From an uncultured Candidatus Saccharibacteria bacterium (GTDB lineage Bacteria; Patescibacteriota; Minisyncoccia; Phycocordibacterales; JAKAEA01), in contig CAZHGQ010000004.1 of assembly GCA_964532205.1 (NCBI GenBank), forward strand, positions 3,118 through 67,117: 64,000 nt of DNA. The letters are read 5' to 3'. The position numbers were made by a program, and so were the translations under genes. Under the pieces are notes generated by a model. The model saw only the letters and a program-made list of their open reading frames with translations, did no database searches and had not been told where the DNA came from. Of this stretch, positions 10,534 to 20,168 are shown in pieces (within the stretch, counting starts at the first letter, position 1; each line of letters starts with the position of its first letter).

Positions 10534-10550
10534 TTTTATCCCCGATCAAA

Positions 10551-11780
10551 CTAGTTGAGGACAGGCATTGGACCTTGAGCACCTGGGCACACAATAGAGT
10601 TAATCTTCCAACGTGTTGTCTTGTAGACATAGCCAGTTGAAACATTTGCCTTACCGAGACCGACATCGGCCCATGGTTTCAAGACATCAACATTATTCTT
10701 GAGCTGGAAGGCATGAACTGCGGCCAATGTAGCTGCATCATACACACCATTAATCACAAGCTTAGTCTGTTCATGATCATTGAGGAATTTTTGTAAGAAA
10801 ACTACATCGTCAATGTTGTTTCTGCCGCCAAATTTAATGTAGCTATTGAGCATTGGACAGCTTGGACCAGTACTTGCACCGAGAACCGTGCCGCCAGTAC
10901 CACCAACATATCCTACATAGTTACCACCACCCGTTGCTGGAGGAGGTGTGTTATCAGATGCTGGAGCGTGGTAAGTATTTGTAATGGTACATGTAACCGG
11001 AGCCATACCTGCAGTGCCGCTACATGTGTCACTGAGTTCAAATGTGTAATGGGCTGATGCAGTAGTCGTTGCTTCAGTTACGGCAAAAGATTTGTTTCGA
11101 AGAACCATAAACGTACGGGTGCTTGAGGCTGCACCTGAGTAAACTTCTGAGCCATTTGATGTTACGTTGACAATAAAATCAGATGTAGAAGCAGTACCAC
11201 CAGACACAACAACCTGAACTGTAAGCTGGGTTTTTACTGGTGGACAACCTTTTGTGTCACCAAAGAATTTGCAGCATTCATTGTTATGATCATTACCAAA
11301 ATCCCATGGATCACAACAACGATCGTTACCATTACCGAAGTCACGTGAATCACAGCAGCGATCACCGCCATTACCAAAATCATGCGAATCGCAACATCGG
11401 TCATTGTTGCCAAAATCGTGACTGTCGCAACATCGGTCATCATTGCGACCAAAATTATCACGGTCACAACATTTATCATTACCACCACCGAAATCATTGT
11501 CATTGCAGCAGTTGTCATGATTACCAAATGAAGGACCGCAATTGTTACCACCGCCACCGCCACCGCCAAAAGATGCAACTGGCGAAGAGCCGCCCTCTGA
11601 GTCGACTGCCGGCCGTACATCATCTGCAATGGTTGTTTGAGTACCAATATCTGCAGAAATTTCTGTGCCGATTTGATCAACCACAGTTGCAGTCTGAGCC
11701 ATTGTTGCACCAGCGGGCAAAAAAGCTACCGCGAGTGTCATGTACACAGCTAAAGCCTGTACTGTTATGTGTTTTTTCAT
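10551..11780 (-). CDS. Secreted cysteine-rich tandem-repeat protein with C-terminal peptidoglycan-binding-like domain
   Basis: Signal peptide. About 6 tandem 11-aa repeats (DRCCDSHDFGNN). C-terminal FLQKFLNDHEQTKLVINGVYDAATLAAVHAFQ resembles PG_binding_1. Confidence 0.6.
   Translation of the reverse strand: MKKHITVQALAVYMTLAVAFLPAGATMAQTATVVDQIGTEISADIGTQTTIADDVRPAVDSEGGSSPVASFGGGGGGGNNCGPSFGNHDNCCNDNDFGGGNDKCCDRDNFGRNDDRCCDSHDFGNNDRCCDSHDFGNGGDRCCDSRDFGNGNDRCCDPWDFGNDHNNECCKFFGDTKGCPPVKTQLTVQVVVSGGTASTSDFIVNVTSNGSEVYSGAASSTRTFMVLRNKSFAVTEATTTASAHYTFELSDTCSGTAGMAPVTCTITNTYHAPASDNTPPPATGGGNYVGYVGGTGGTVLGASTGPSCPMLNSYIKFGGRNNIDDVVFLQKFLNDHEQTKLVINGVYDAATLAAVHAFQLKNNVDVLKPWADVGLGKANVSTGYVYKTTRWKINSIVCPGAQGPMPVLN
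11270..11520. repeat. Tandem approx 33-nt coding repeats (Cys-rich CCDxxDFGN modules)
   Basis: Repeated ...gtcacgatcaccgccattaccaaaatcatgcgaatcgcaacatcg... units visible in the sequence. Confidence 0.6.
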
Positions 11781-11914
11781 ATTAATTTATAAGTTAATAA
11801 AATACTTAACCGAGATGGGGTAAATATATAGCAAAGACGGCTGAAGTCAAGGATACATACAATAGCTAAAATCTGTATGAAAACTGCGGCCTTCGGCCGC
11901 AGTTTTTTGACATA

Positions 11915-12403
11915 TTACATCTGAACAGGTGGTACTGGTGGAGGTGGTGGAGTCTGACTTGGAGGAACTATAATAATTGGTCCACCGAAGTAATATTCCT
12001 TAACCTGGAACAATATATAGAAACCAATGACTAGACCGATAATCATACCAACGATATTCATCATAACCAAACTACTCAAAGCACTCACCAACATACTATA
12101 GAAAGAGAAATTCCAGCCCTTTGGTGACGGCTTGAACAAACCCGGCAACGCAACAGCTTCGAGTACGAGCGCTACCACACTCAACAGGAGCGAGATATAC
12201 CAGCCACCTGAAAGACCACCATAAACGGCGTAAGGCATGACAGCACCCAAACCAAACAAAGCCAAGAGTGCAGGCAGACCGAACAAAATACTGATAATCA
12301 CAAGGTACGGAGCAACTTTGACGATGAACTCTTTACCACCCTTTGGCAACTGTGGAGCCTTTTTGCCAAAATACACATTCAATGTCTCAATTAATTGATT
12401 CAT
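11915..12403 (-). CDS. Polytopic membrane protein with Pro-rich C-terminus
   Basis: Four hydrophobic helices. C-terminal PPSQTPPPPPVPPVQM. Confidence 0.5.
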   Translation of the reverse strand: MNQLIETLNVYFGKKAPQLPKGGKEFIVKVAPYLVIISILFGLPALLALFGLGAVMPYAVYGGLSGGWYISLLLSVVALVLEAVALPGLFKPSPKGWNFSFYSMLVSALSSLVMMNIVGMIIGLVIGFYILFQVKEYYFGGPIIIVPPSQTPPPPPVPPVQM

Positions 12404-12525
12404 AACATCTATTAGGTTTATAAACTAACCCCCTTATGATACACCATTGGTAGCTAAGCTCAACTGTCAGATTTTCCCTACCCTAGCGTCTCTATGCTTG
12501 CAGGTTTATACATTAAATAAATAAC

Positions 12526-12672
12526 ATGGATCAAGATAAACAACACAAAAACGATGATCAAAAAGATGAAGATATGATGAATGATGAGGATAAAGAAGAT
12601 AAGGATAAAAAAGATGATGAAGACGAAGATGAGGATGACACCGATTCTTCAGATGATTCGTCTGGAATGTAA
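12526..12672 (+). CDS. Small hyper-acidic protein (48 aa, D/E/K-rich; not in ORF track)
   Basis: Translation MDQDKQHKNDDQKDEDMMNDEDKEDKDKKDDEDEDEDDTDSSDDSSGM. Followed directly by a terminator hairpin. Confidence 0.35.
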   Translation: MDQDKQHKNDDQKDEDMMNDEDKEDKDKKDDEDEDEDDTDSSDDSSGM

Positions 12673-12675
12673 ACA

Positions 12676-12699
12676 AAAACCGCACATTGTGCGGTTTTT
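12676..12699. terminator. Bidirectional rho-independent terminator (accgcacattgtgcggt)
   Basis: Perfect hairpin flanked by A-run and T-run, between convergent genes. Confidence 0.7.
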
Positions 12700-12704
12700 G
12701 TTTC

Positions 12705-13199
12705 CTACATACTCATTGGCATATGCGGTGAACGATACCCCATCAACTCGGGATTAAGCATACCGAAGATCATGGCAACATGCGCCACCACCAAGAAGAT
12801 GGCGACAAAGATTGCATGGAGTCGCAATTTTTCTTCCGAAGTTTTACCACGCGCTATTAGATTAAACTCAAGCAGCGAAATTCCGACTAATGGAATAACA
12901 CCCAATAAATAAAATCCAACCGCAATCACATCAGCCGGACCACGCCAGCCGCCAGACACAGTAAGTGGTACTACAGCATTGAAGAACAGATAGAAGAACA
13001 CTCCCAGAAAATAGATACCGACCAAAGCCCCAGCCCAACGATTTAAACTTTTTACCCAACCATCAACTGGCCGTTTAAAGAGAATATATAGTTCACTGAC
13101 AGCAATTGTTTCCGCCAAAATAACTGGTAACGCCATGAATATAATAAGATTCCATGGCTGATTTGAAGCTAAAAGCTCCATATAGTGAGTCATTGTCAT
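12705..13199 (-). CDS. Integral membrane protein (hypothetical)
   Basis: Four to five hydrophobic helices; no recognisable motif. Confidence 0.5.
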   Translation of the reverse strand: MTMTHYMELLASNQPWNLIIFMALPVILAETIAVSELYILFKRPVDGWVKSLNRWAGALVGIYFLGVFFYLFFNAVVPLTVSGGWRGPADVIAVGFYLLGVIPLVGISLLEFNLIARGKTSEEKLRLHAIFVAIFLVVAHVAMIFGMLNPELMGYRSPHMPMSM

Positions 13200-13228
13200 A
13201 GATACGTTAATTAATTAATAATAATTAA

Positions 13229-13609
13229 TTAACGGCAAGGACTATGTTCAAAAAGAGAGAGCCATCGGGAGATCAGCAAACGCTGTCCCACGTCCTTCGG
13301 CACGTCACCTGATTCAAAACAGAAAAGTGGTTGGAGTTTGAGGTAGCGTAACGAGTATTCATAAATAAACAGTGCCACCACAACAGTTAGCAGCAAAACC
13401 AAGAACAGGCTTGGTTGAACATTTGAAAATGACTGGTAGGCCGAAACGTGTTCAACACTCATTAGCACGCCCTGAGCAAAACAATCTACAGCAGAAGCCA
13501 TTACCCCACTCGACATTACATCATGATTGGGTTTTTCACACAGTGCAGTAAAACCAACCACAGAAATCGAGATGAAGATAAGAGTAAATAATATGACAAA
13601 CCACTTCAT
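13229..13609 (-). CDS. Small membrane protein, paralog of 21103..21720 (shared GxxASAVD, MSVxH, RWLSLFE[HN]SP motifs)
   Basis: Clear similarity to the copper-operon membrane protein at both N- and C-termini. Confidence 0.55.
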   Translation of the reverse strand: MKWFVILFTLIFISISVVGFTALCEKPNHDVMSSGVMASAVDCFAQGVLMSVEHVSAYQSFSNVQPSLFLVLLLTVVVALFIYEYSLRYLKLQPLFCFESGDVPKDVGQRLLISRWLSLFEHSPCR

Positions 13610-13650
13610 ACTTTCATCCTACTCTTTTTTTATGTTTTTTCAATGAAATG

Positions 13651-13677
13651 AAAAACCCCAAACACAAGTTCGGGGTT
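13651..13677. terminator. Probable terminator hairpin (aaccccaaac...gttcggggtt)
   Basis: Imperfect stem with one G-U pair and flanking A/T runs, downstream of 13704..14159. Confidence 0.4.
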
Positions 13678-13703
13678 AAAGTATGGTCTTCATGGAAACC
13701 TCT

Positions 13704-14159
13704 CTAGGCAACCTTGGTACCACAACGCGGACAGAATGCGGCGTTGGTAGGAAACACAAGATCACACTTTGAACATGACAATTTTCTGAACATCTCAATG
13801 GAAGGAATCTTCTTTTGCTTTGCCCGGCATTCAGCAACACGCAGAAGATACTCTCTTACCTGTTGATGGTGTCCGAAAATTTTCGTATCGTTGCACCATT
13901 CTAAAATGTGACGCACCGACCAAAAATCGTACATCGACACGAGTTCTTTTGCCAAATATAACGCCCGCACATCGTGTGATGGCAATGATCTAATTTTCTG
14001 CAAGATGTCTATGGTCTTTTGGTGCCTTTTACCTAATTCAAACACGCACAAAAAAAGTGAAAGACCAAAATACCCACCCACACAGCACACGGTAACAACG
14101 AACCAATTCGGGAGCAAATCCATGAGAACTCCTTTGTAAAATCTTCCGGTATAATACAA
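13704..14159 (-). CDS. Membrane-anchored protein with C-terminal zinc ribbon (CSKCD...CPRCG)
   Basis: N-terminal TM helix and CxxC-x13-CxxC motif. Confidence 0.5.
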   Translation of the reverse strand: MYYTGRFYKGVLMDLLPNWFVVTVCCVGGYFGLSLFLCVFELGKRHQKTIDILQKIRSLPSHDVRALYLAKELVSMYDFWSVRHILEWCNDTKIFGHHQQVREYLLRVAECRAKQKKIPSIEMFRKLSCSKCDLVFPTNAAFCPRCGTKVA

Positions 14160-14180
14160 CTTATTTACAAAAAGTCAATA

Positions 14181-14606
14181 TCACTCCGCATCCCAAAATG
14201 TGCGGCCAGTTTTATAGGCTTCGATAGAATCATGAATTGTGGCAAAGAGCGGTTCGGGTAAATCAGTAAGATCGTACCAACCCCAATGCTCTAGTTTGTC
14301 CGGTTCAAGTACCTGTGGTTCACCCGACTGCCAATCCGCAATCAAACCAATGTGAACATAATGTTTTGGCGCATAACGTTTAATATTTGAAACATATAAA
14401 AAGCGCAGATTTTTTATCTCTATACCACACTCCTCCCCGATTTCTCGTAAGGCACATTCTTTATATGACTCCATGTATTCCAGGTGACCGCCGGGAAATG
14501 CATATTCACCCGAGCCATGTGAACCCTTGCGTTTGCCGAGCAAGACTTTACCGTCTTTTAGAATCATAATGCCTATACCGACGCGAGGTTTTGTTTCTTG
14601 ATTCAT
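14181..14606 (-). CDS. NUDIX hydrolase
   Basis: Nudix box GGHLEYMESYKECALREIGEECGIEI (Gx5Ex7REUxEExGU). Confidence 0.8.
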   Translation of the reverse strand: MNQETKPRVGIGIMILKDGKVLLGKRKGSHGSGEYAFPGGHLEYMESYKECALREIGEECGIEIKNLRFLYVSNIKRYAPKHYVHIGLIADWQSGEPQVLEPDKLEHWGWYDLTDLPEPLFATIHDSIEAYKTGRTFWDAE

Positions 14607-14617
14607 GAAATCGGTGT

Positions 14618-14746
14618 TTAGGAAACTGTGATATTTTCAGCTTGTAATATGTAATTAACTAATGCTGGCACCCACTGCTTTTGAGTAATTAAAAGACCAA
14701 TGCCGATTATGATTAAAATGAGCAAGAAAATTCTTAAGGCTTTCAT
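14618..14746 (-). CDS. Possible 42-aa single-TM peptide
   Basis: My translation: MKALRIFLLILIIIGIGLLITQKQWVPALVNYILQAENITVS. Unannotated short ORF. Confidence 0.2.
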   Translation of the reverse strand: MKALRIFLLILIIIGIGLLITQKQWVPALVNYILQAENITVS

Positions 14747-14894
14747 GGCATTAGTATATCAAAAGATAAATGGTTGGACACCGAAAGGTCCGGTATTCTG
14801 GAGATACTGTGTCACCAAACTTATATGAAATCTCTACAGGAAAGGCTTATGTACATTGGGAACCTTCAACAAAAAAACGCCGCAACGGAACCCG

Positions 14895-15401
14895 TCACAG
14901 CGTTTTGTGTTGAACCTTTCTGGTAACGATTAACCAATCAAGCGGGCCGCCATTGCCAACCTCCAACACCACCGAAAAACCTAACCCGCCTTTCTTTGTA
15001 TGCACTGCCATTGATCTTGTGTTGCTGCGTCTAATGCCCGCAACAAAATTTCGATATCCCATTTCCCAAACGACATTCTCAAATCTGCGAAAAAGGGTCG
15101 AGTACGTTCCACCCTTTCTCGAACCCCCGAGAACATATGCTTGGGCAATGAGGCAAGTCTCACAGAACTGATCGACATGAAGCAATTGTCTTGCCGCTTC
15201 TACGATCGGACGGAATATTTCTTCGGTTTCTGCCTCCTGAAGCGTGAGGCCAAGAATGTATCCGACCACAACTCCTGAATGGTTAAAGGTGCTTACTGGC
15301 TGGATAGCAAGCTTGGAAAGCAGATCTTCCCCGATTTGCCAATGAAAGATCCCTTCTTGAACAGCCTTTTGCTGCAACTCTAGAAGTGACAAAACAATCA
15401 C
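14895..15401 (-). CDS. Possible GNAT-family acetyltransferase (hypothetical)
   Basis: GGSRKGGTYSTLF resembles the acetyl-CoA-binding R/QxxGxG/A motif; weak. Confidence 0.3.
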   Translation of the reverse strand: MIVLSLLELQQKAVQEGIFHWQIGEDLLSKLAIQPVSTFNHSGVVVGYILGLTLQEAETEEIFRPIVEAARQLLHVDQFCETCLIAQAYVLGGSRKGGTYSTLFRRFENVVWEMGYRNFVAGIRRSNTRSMAVHTKKGGLGFSVVLEVGNGGPLDWLIVTRKVQHKTL

Positions 15402-15555
15402 CTCCTTTCGGATTTTGATATTACAATATATTTATAAAAAGTCAAACGGCTGGGTGCCGTCGTAGAGGATGTTAGAACTATTTTCGAGAGAAGGAATGAT
15501 GCGACGATCTACATTCCTGACATGCAAAGTATAGCAGTTTTAGCTTAATTCGGCT

Positions 15556-15626
15556 CTTTTTGGCTCTTTTTGGCCTAATCTGGCCTAGCGTTAGGGCAAT
15601 TTAGGGCAAAATAGGGCAAAAAAGAA
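15556..15626. repeat. Cluster of short direct repeats (ggctcttttt x2, tggcct x2, tagggcaa x3) at the left edge of the low-GC island
   Basis: Seen directly. A 19-mer aatttagggcaaaataggg recurs at 26281-26299. Confidence 0.5.
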
Positions 15627-15635
15627 CACTTTTTA

Positions 15636-17609
15636 CTAGCTTTCATCAATGGCTTTAATGATTTCGAACACCCTCCCCACCTCCTTTTCCTTGGCTAAGT
15701 AGTCAGCGTACATTTTGTGCGCATTTTGAATTAGCTCCTGATAAAGCACTACTCGGATGTTCTTTACTGCCAGAGATTTTGCTGACTCTTCTCTTTTTTG
15801 TGCATTTTTCCAATCGGAAAGATTCTTCCCCACAATACAAACCACTTCAACCGGTTCTTTGGTGTTGGCCTTATCAAGGATTTCTAAAAGCTTGTCCCTG
15901 TATTTTTCTACTTGTCCCAGTAATTCTGAAGTACTAACTGTTCGGTCTGGCCTCTTTAATTCAATTATAATGTGTTTACCGGCTGAATTCTTATATCGAA
16001 TATCAACACGGCCATCTTTCTCATCACCTTTTGCCTTGGCGTTTAATTTATTAAAAGCTGTCTTTACTTGCTGTTCAAGATACGGTGCTTCTGTAGCTCG
16101 GTCCCAAGAAGGATCAAGTAACCAGAGATTATCGTAGAGATGTTGCTGCACTACTTTCTCAAGAGCATTATCCTCAACTTTCTCCTGAAGGGCCTTAATA
16201 ACAACCACCCTGGCTTTCGTGATTTGGTGATACAAAGTTGCTTCTATGTCATTATGCTCACTAAAAATCTGTGTGAACAAAGCCACATTTGAAGGGTCCA
16301 TATTTTCGAGTGCATCAAGATTTTCTCTGTAATTCAGAGTCTCGAATGCAAGAATAGCATGCTTGAACAATGTCTTTCGCTGGTCATCTGACTCAAGTGT
16401 GAGCTGATTGATTTTTCCGAATAGTGACTCAGCTTTTTTCTTTTTATCTCCCTTCAGACCGGAGAACCATTGTCTTATGACCTTGTTTTCTGTCGCCTTT
16501 TTGACACCCTCTCTGTTTCTTAGGTCAGTCCACTTTGATTGTACGTACTTCAACTCCCCATTGATGAAAGCTAGCAATTCCTTATATCTTGGATCGTCGT
16601 TTATTATGCTTTGTCTACTTGTAGTTGCGATATCTTCTTCATCGTCAGTATCCAAAAAATCAGCGTGGATTTCTCCAATTATATATTTGGTATACATTCC
16701 ACCTTCGGCGAAACTTTCCATGATATCTTCCTGAGCAAGCTTTCCACGAACCATCACTACAATCTTGTTGAGATTGTCTTCGCCATCTTTCAAATCGCCC
16801 GAGGAATTGACGGTACCAATCCAACCAGTTACCTTCACTTTTTTACCTTTGATTGTCAGCTCACCATCTCTTTTTTCCTTGTGTTCTGCTTTTTCAGAAC
16901 AGTGATCGGCATATTGTTTGCTGGCCGAACCGAAATACCAAATATATTGAAGTTTATGAAAATAATCCCGATCAGTGATTTTTACTTCGGAAGAATTAAT
17001 GAGGACGGAAAACTTATTTTCACTTCCAAGAATACTGAAGCGTCTTGCCACTCTCTTTTTTAGAGCTTCGTCTGTACCCTCAGTCACATTCCTCTTGAGT
17101 TCAGAGATCGTTATTCTTGTACCATTCTTTGTAAGAGATATATTTTTAGGGTCTATAGGCACAGGATGATACGTGCCCATACCTCCAGAAGCTTCCAACT
17201 GCTTCTCGATTTCACTTGCTATCAAAACAAGACCGTTCTTCTCACCATCCTTGTAAGTTTCAATTTCAATTTTATTAGCTATAGAAAACAGAGACAGTTT
17301 TCCGATGCCCTTTCGACCCATAACAGGTCGCTTATATTTTTTGGTAACTGACATACCAGCTTTCCTTCGGTCATATCCAACTGTAAGGTATTTATCATTG
17401 ATGTCATCGAGAGACATGCCATGTCCGTCGTCCTGAATCAATATTTTTTCTTTTTCTGTGGAAATCTCAACCTTAGTCGCATCGGCATCCCAAGCATTCG
17501 CAACTACCTCGGACAAAACCGCAGGGACGTTACTGTACAATTTTATACCTAAGTGATTGAGTACATTTAGGCTAATTTTAATTTGATATTTTTTGTCGTT
17601 CTTTTCCAT
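15636..17609 (-). CDS. MORC/MutL-like GHKL ATPase fused to C-terminal PD-(D/E)xK nuclease domain; predicted restriction component
   Basis: Bergerat ATP-binding motifs EVVANAWDADA, DDGHGM, GRKGIGKLS. C-terminal VDIRY...HIIIELKRP (D...ExK). Overlaps the downstream C5-MTase gene by 32 nt. Confidence 0.65.
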   Translation of the reverse strand: MEKNDKKYQIKISLNVLNHLGIKLYSNVPAVLSEVVANAWDADATKVEISTEKEKILIQDDGHGMSLDDINDKYLTVGYDRRKAGMSVTKKYKRPVMGRKGIGKLSLFSIANKIEIETYKDGEKNGLVLIASEIEKQLEASGGMGTYHPVPIDPKNISLTKNGTRITISELKRNVTEGTDEALKKRVARRFSILGSENKFSVLINSSEVKITDRDYFHKLQYIWYFGSASKQYADHCSEKAEHKEKRDGELTIKGKKVKVTGWIGTVNSSGDLKDGEDNLNKIVVMVRGKLAQEDIMESFAEGGMYTKYIIGEIHADFLDTDDEEDIATTSRQSIINDDPRYKELLAFINGELKYVQSKWTDLRNREGVKKATENKVIRQWFSGLKGDKKKKAESLFGKINQLTLESDDQRKTLFKHAILAFETLNYRENLDALENMDPSNVALFTQIFSEHNDIEATLYHQITKARVVVIKALQEKVEDNALEKVVQQHLYDNLWLLDPSWDRATEAPYLEQQVKTAFNKLNAKAKGDEKDGRVDIRYKNSAGKHIIIELKRPDRTVSTSELLGQVEKYRDKLLEILDKANTKEPVEVVCIVGKNLSDWKNAQKREESAKSLAVKNIRVVLYQELIQNAHKMYADYLAKEKEVGRVFEIIKAIDES

Positions 17610-18666
17610 TTTTCTGTAGATGCTGTTTTATACTTTGACCTATCACTTCTCCCAATCTGACAGGGACCGCATTACCAATAAATTTTGCCACTTGAGCAAC
17701 AATAATTGGTTTGTTTGTAGGGACAAACTGGTAATCTTTGGGGAATGTTTGGAATATCGCTGCCTCACGAAGACTTATGGCTCTATTCTGCTTTGGATGA
17801 CCGAATCTACCATTTCCAAGGCCTACACACTGAGTTGTCATGGTAGGTGCAGGCTCATCCCACCTCATTCGCCCATATACAGTACTACTGTAGGTCTTTC
17901 CTGATTCTTTCTTGTGGCACTCTAACATCAAATCGTCAGACCAGCTATCTGAATTGCCTCCATCATGAGGAGTAGCTTTAATACGTCTCAAATTAACTGG
18001 GGCAAGCTTTCGTGATCGATGTAAGGGGTCTTTTTTGCTTGTCTCTCCATCTTTGATTGGTTCAAGGTCTTTAATAACATCTCGAACAGTGACTCGATTA
18101 TCCTTATGAGTTCTTTTAATCAAGGAAATCTCACCAAGCTTGGAAGCAAGTAGAACTAATCTTCGGCGTCTTTGTGGTACTCCAAATTCTGATACATCCA
18201 CAACTTCATATTTATATTTATATCCATTATCTTCCAAAGTCTTAAGGAAATTTGCGAAAACAGGATATTTATTAGTGTCTGCTAGGCCGCTTACATTTTC
18301 CATAGAAACAACATCCGGTTGAGTCTGCGCAATAAGTTGGGCAAACTTTCCCAATGGCTCAAGTTGCTTTTGTGTGACCTCTTTTAAATTTAATTTCGAG
18401 AAGGGCTGACAAGGTGCGCAACCTGCAAGTACTCGAATTGAATCTTTTTTTGAACCAAACAATTCATTCACTTGATCGGCTGTAACCTTGAGAATATCCT
18501 TGTCGATAAATTTTGTTTTGTTGTTGTATTCGTATCCGAATTTACACGACGAATCGTTATCAATACCGGCCACAACGTCTAAACCTTCCTTTATGAGACC
18601 ATGGGTCAAACCGCCAATACCGCAGAATAAATCAATGACTTTAATTTTTTTACGATTTGAGCTCAT
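17578..18666 (-). CDS. DNA (cytosine-5)-methyltransferase; start moved to internal Met at 18666
   Basis: Motif I DLFCGIGGL, motif IV PCQPFS, motif VI ENV, QRRR. The ORF-track start at 18813 adds a non-homologous 49-aa leader. Confidence 0.85.
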   Translation of the reverse strand: MSSNRKKIKVIDLFCGIGGLTHGLIKEGLDVVAGIDNDSSCKFGYEYNNKTKFIDKDILKVTADQVNELFGSKKDSIRVLAGCAPCQPFSKLNLKEVTQKQLEPLGKFAQLIAQTQPDVVSMENVSGLADTNKYPVFANFLKTLEDNGYKYKYEVVDVSEFGVPQRRRRLVLLASKLGEISLIKRTHKDNRVTVRDVIKDLEPIKDGETSKKDPLHRSRKLAPVNLRRIKATPHDGGNSDSWSDDLMLECHKKESGKTYSSTVYGRMRWDEPAPTMTTQCVGLGNGRFGHPKQNRAISLREAAIFQTFPKDYQFVPTNKPIIVAQVAKFIGNAVPVRLGEVIGQSIKQHLQKNGKERQKISN

Positions 18667-18724
18667 TAGTAACACTATTATAATCCGAAAACGCTTAATT
18701 GACGATCCGAAGTGTAACAAAAGG

Positions 18725-19159
18725 CTAACCCTGAAACTCCACCTCAAACGGATACATTCCCATTCCGCAGGTTCCTTGGAGTGTGCCGAGTTTACCTTCA
18801 CCAATGTCAACATCAGTTGATCCTGTTTGCGGGAGTGATTTGCTTATGCCAAGACTTGGAATACGGACTGAGGATGAGCAGTCGAAAGTTCCTTTTGTGT
18901 TGAATCGAATAATAGTTGGAATACCTGCCTTAGCAATACTCTTTCGTGGTTGGTAGCCACCCCTCGCAGTTATTTCAATAATCTGCTTTCCATCAACAAT
19001 GCTGACATTGTTGGCATTTGCTACTTGTCCAGTGTCACCACTGCTTTTTGTGAGCATAAAAGCTCCCCCGATGAGGAGTATCGCTACCATAATTGAGATG
19101 ATAGTTGCTTTCATAATTGGAATTATACTAGAAGTTAAAGACTGGCGGAATAACCCCAA
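18725..19159 (-). CDS. Small exported metal-binding-like protein (CSSS...TCGMGMY), cupredoxin-like?
   Basis: N-terminal TM/signal. Cys/Met-rich C-terminal motif. Lies in the copper operon. Confidence 0.35.
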   Translation of the reverse strand: MGLFRQSLTSSIIPIMKATIISIMVAILLIGGAFMLTKSSGDTGQVANANNVSIVDGKQIIEITARGGYQPRKSIAKAGIPTIIRFNTKGTFDCSSSVRIPSLGISKSLPQTGSTDVDIGEGKLGTLQGTCGMGMYPFEVEFQG

Positions 19160-20147
19160 TCACGACCAGGCTATTAATAAGGTTAAAGAGCGCGAACATG
19201 ATGACAATCAGTCCAGCTGTTTTGAAGAAGACACCTGCCTTTGAACTCTTTTGAATACTGAATGAGCTGAAACTGATAAGTGCCAGGACCGGTAATGTAC
19301 CGAGCGCGAATGCAAGCATGGTGAGTCCTCCGGTGAGAAAGCTTCCTGTAGTAAGGGTATAAAGTTGCATTGACTGTGTAAATCCACATGGCAAGAAGAA
19401 CGTTGCGATACCAACGAGAAGCGGCGTAAGCGTATGATTGAACTTTGATACTCCATGCGCGTGCTTAGCGATGAACTTCGGCATTGATGGCTGAAGTTTC
19501 TTAGCCCAATGGAAAGTATCGAGGAGATTGATACCAAGAATGAGCATCACGATACCAATAACCAGACTTAGGATAAATGTTGCAGAAGTGTTAAGTGTGA
19601 ATGCAGACCCTATGGCACCAATCACACCACCGAGAACAAAGAACGCTACAATACGACCACCATGGAACATGAGTTGGGGCCGTACCTTATCACCCTCTTT
19701 AGCGAAAGTTGCAGACATAGAGAGGACCAGACCTCCCACAACTGCCATACAAGTTGAAAGTGATGCTATTATGCCGATCACAAATGCGGTCCCGTAAGTT
19801 ACGTTACCGGCACTTACAAGATTTACGATTCCCATTTTCTGCAGTACCACAAAGAGTACTGCAAAGCCGAGAGCGATCGGGACCGCGATCTTGAAGTCTC
19901 CCCATTTGGCATCATGTTGCAACTTTTCAACCGAGATAGTATAGCCATGAGGTTTGAGCGGTATAGTGAGTTCCTCTGCAACCTGCTCCGGTGTCTTATC
20001 ACCGAAGTCTCCGGTAACTTCAACTGAATGATTTTTCAGGCTTGATTTGACATGAGTAATGTTTGGGAGATCTCCAAGTTCGCTTTCAGTCATGAGTACA
20101 CAGGCATTACAATGCATGCCGTGTACGTGGAAAGTAAGTGTTTTCAT
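19128..20147 (-). CDS. HMA-domain (GMHCNAC) membrane protein, DsbD/CcdA- or MerT-like metal-handling permease
   Basis: N-terminal heavy-metal-associated motif MHCNACV, then about 6 TM helices with conserved Cys. Confidence 0.5.
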   Translation of the reverse strand: MKTLTFHVHGMHCNACVLMTESELGDLPNITHVKSSLKNHSVEVTGDFGDKTPEQVAEELTIPLKPHGYTISVEKLQHDAKWGDFKIAVPIALGFAVLFVVLQKMGIVNLVSAGNVTYGTAFVIGIIASLSTCMAVVGGLVLSMSATFAKEGDKVRPQLMFHGGRIVAFFVLGGVIGAIGSAFTLNTSATFILSLVIGIVMLILGINLLDTFHWAKKLQPSMPKFIAKHAHGVSKFNHTLTPLLVGIATFFLPCGFTQSMQLYTLTTGSFLTGGLTMLAFALGTLPVLALISFSSFSIQKSSKAGVFFKTAGLIVIMFALFNLINSLVVIGVIPPVFNF

Positions 20148-20168
20148 AATTGATAATATTTCTCTGGA

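Noticed and set aside
11270-11520. Considered a CRISPR array because of regular about 33-bp repeats
   Set aside because: Repeats are contiguous with no spacers, are in frame within a CDS, and no cas genes are present.
11234-11785. Overlapping 158-aa and 181-aa ORFs (His/Val-rich) on both strands
   Set aside because: Alternative-frame and antisense readings of the 33-nt tandem repeats. The Cys-rich secreted frame has the signal peptide and domain and is the real one.
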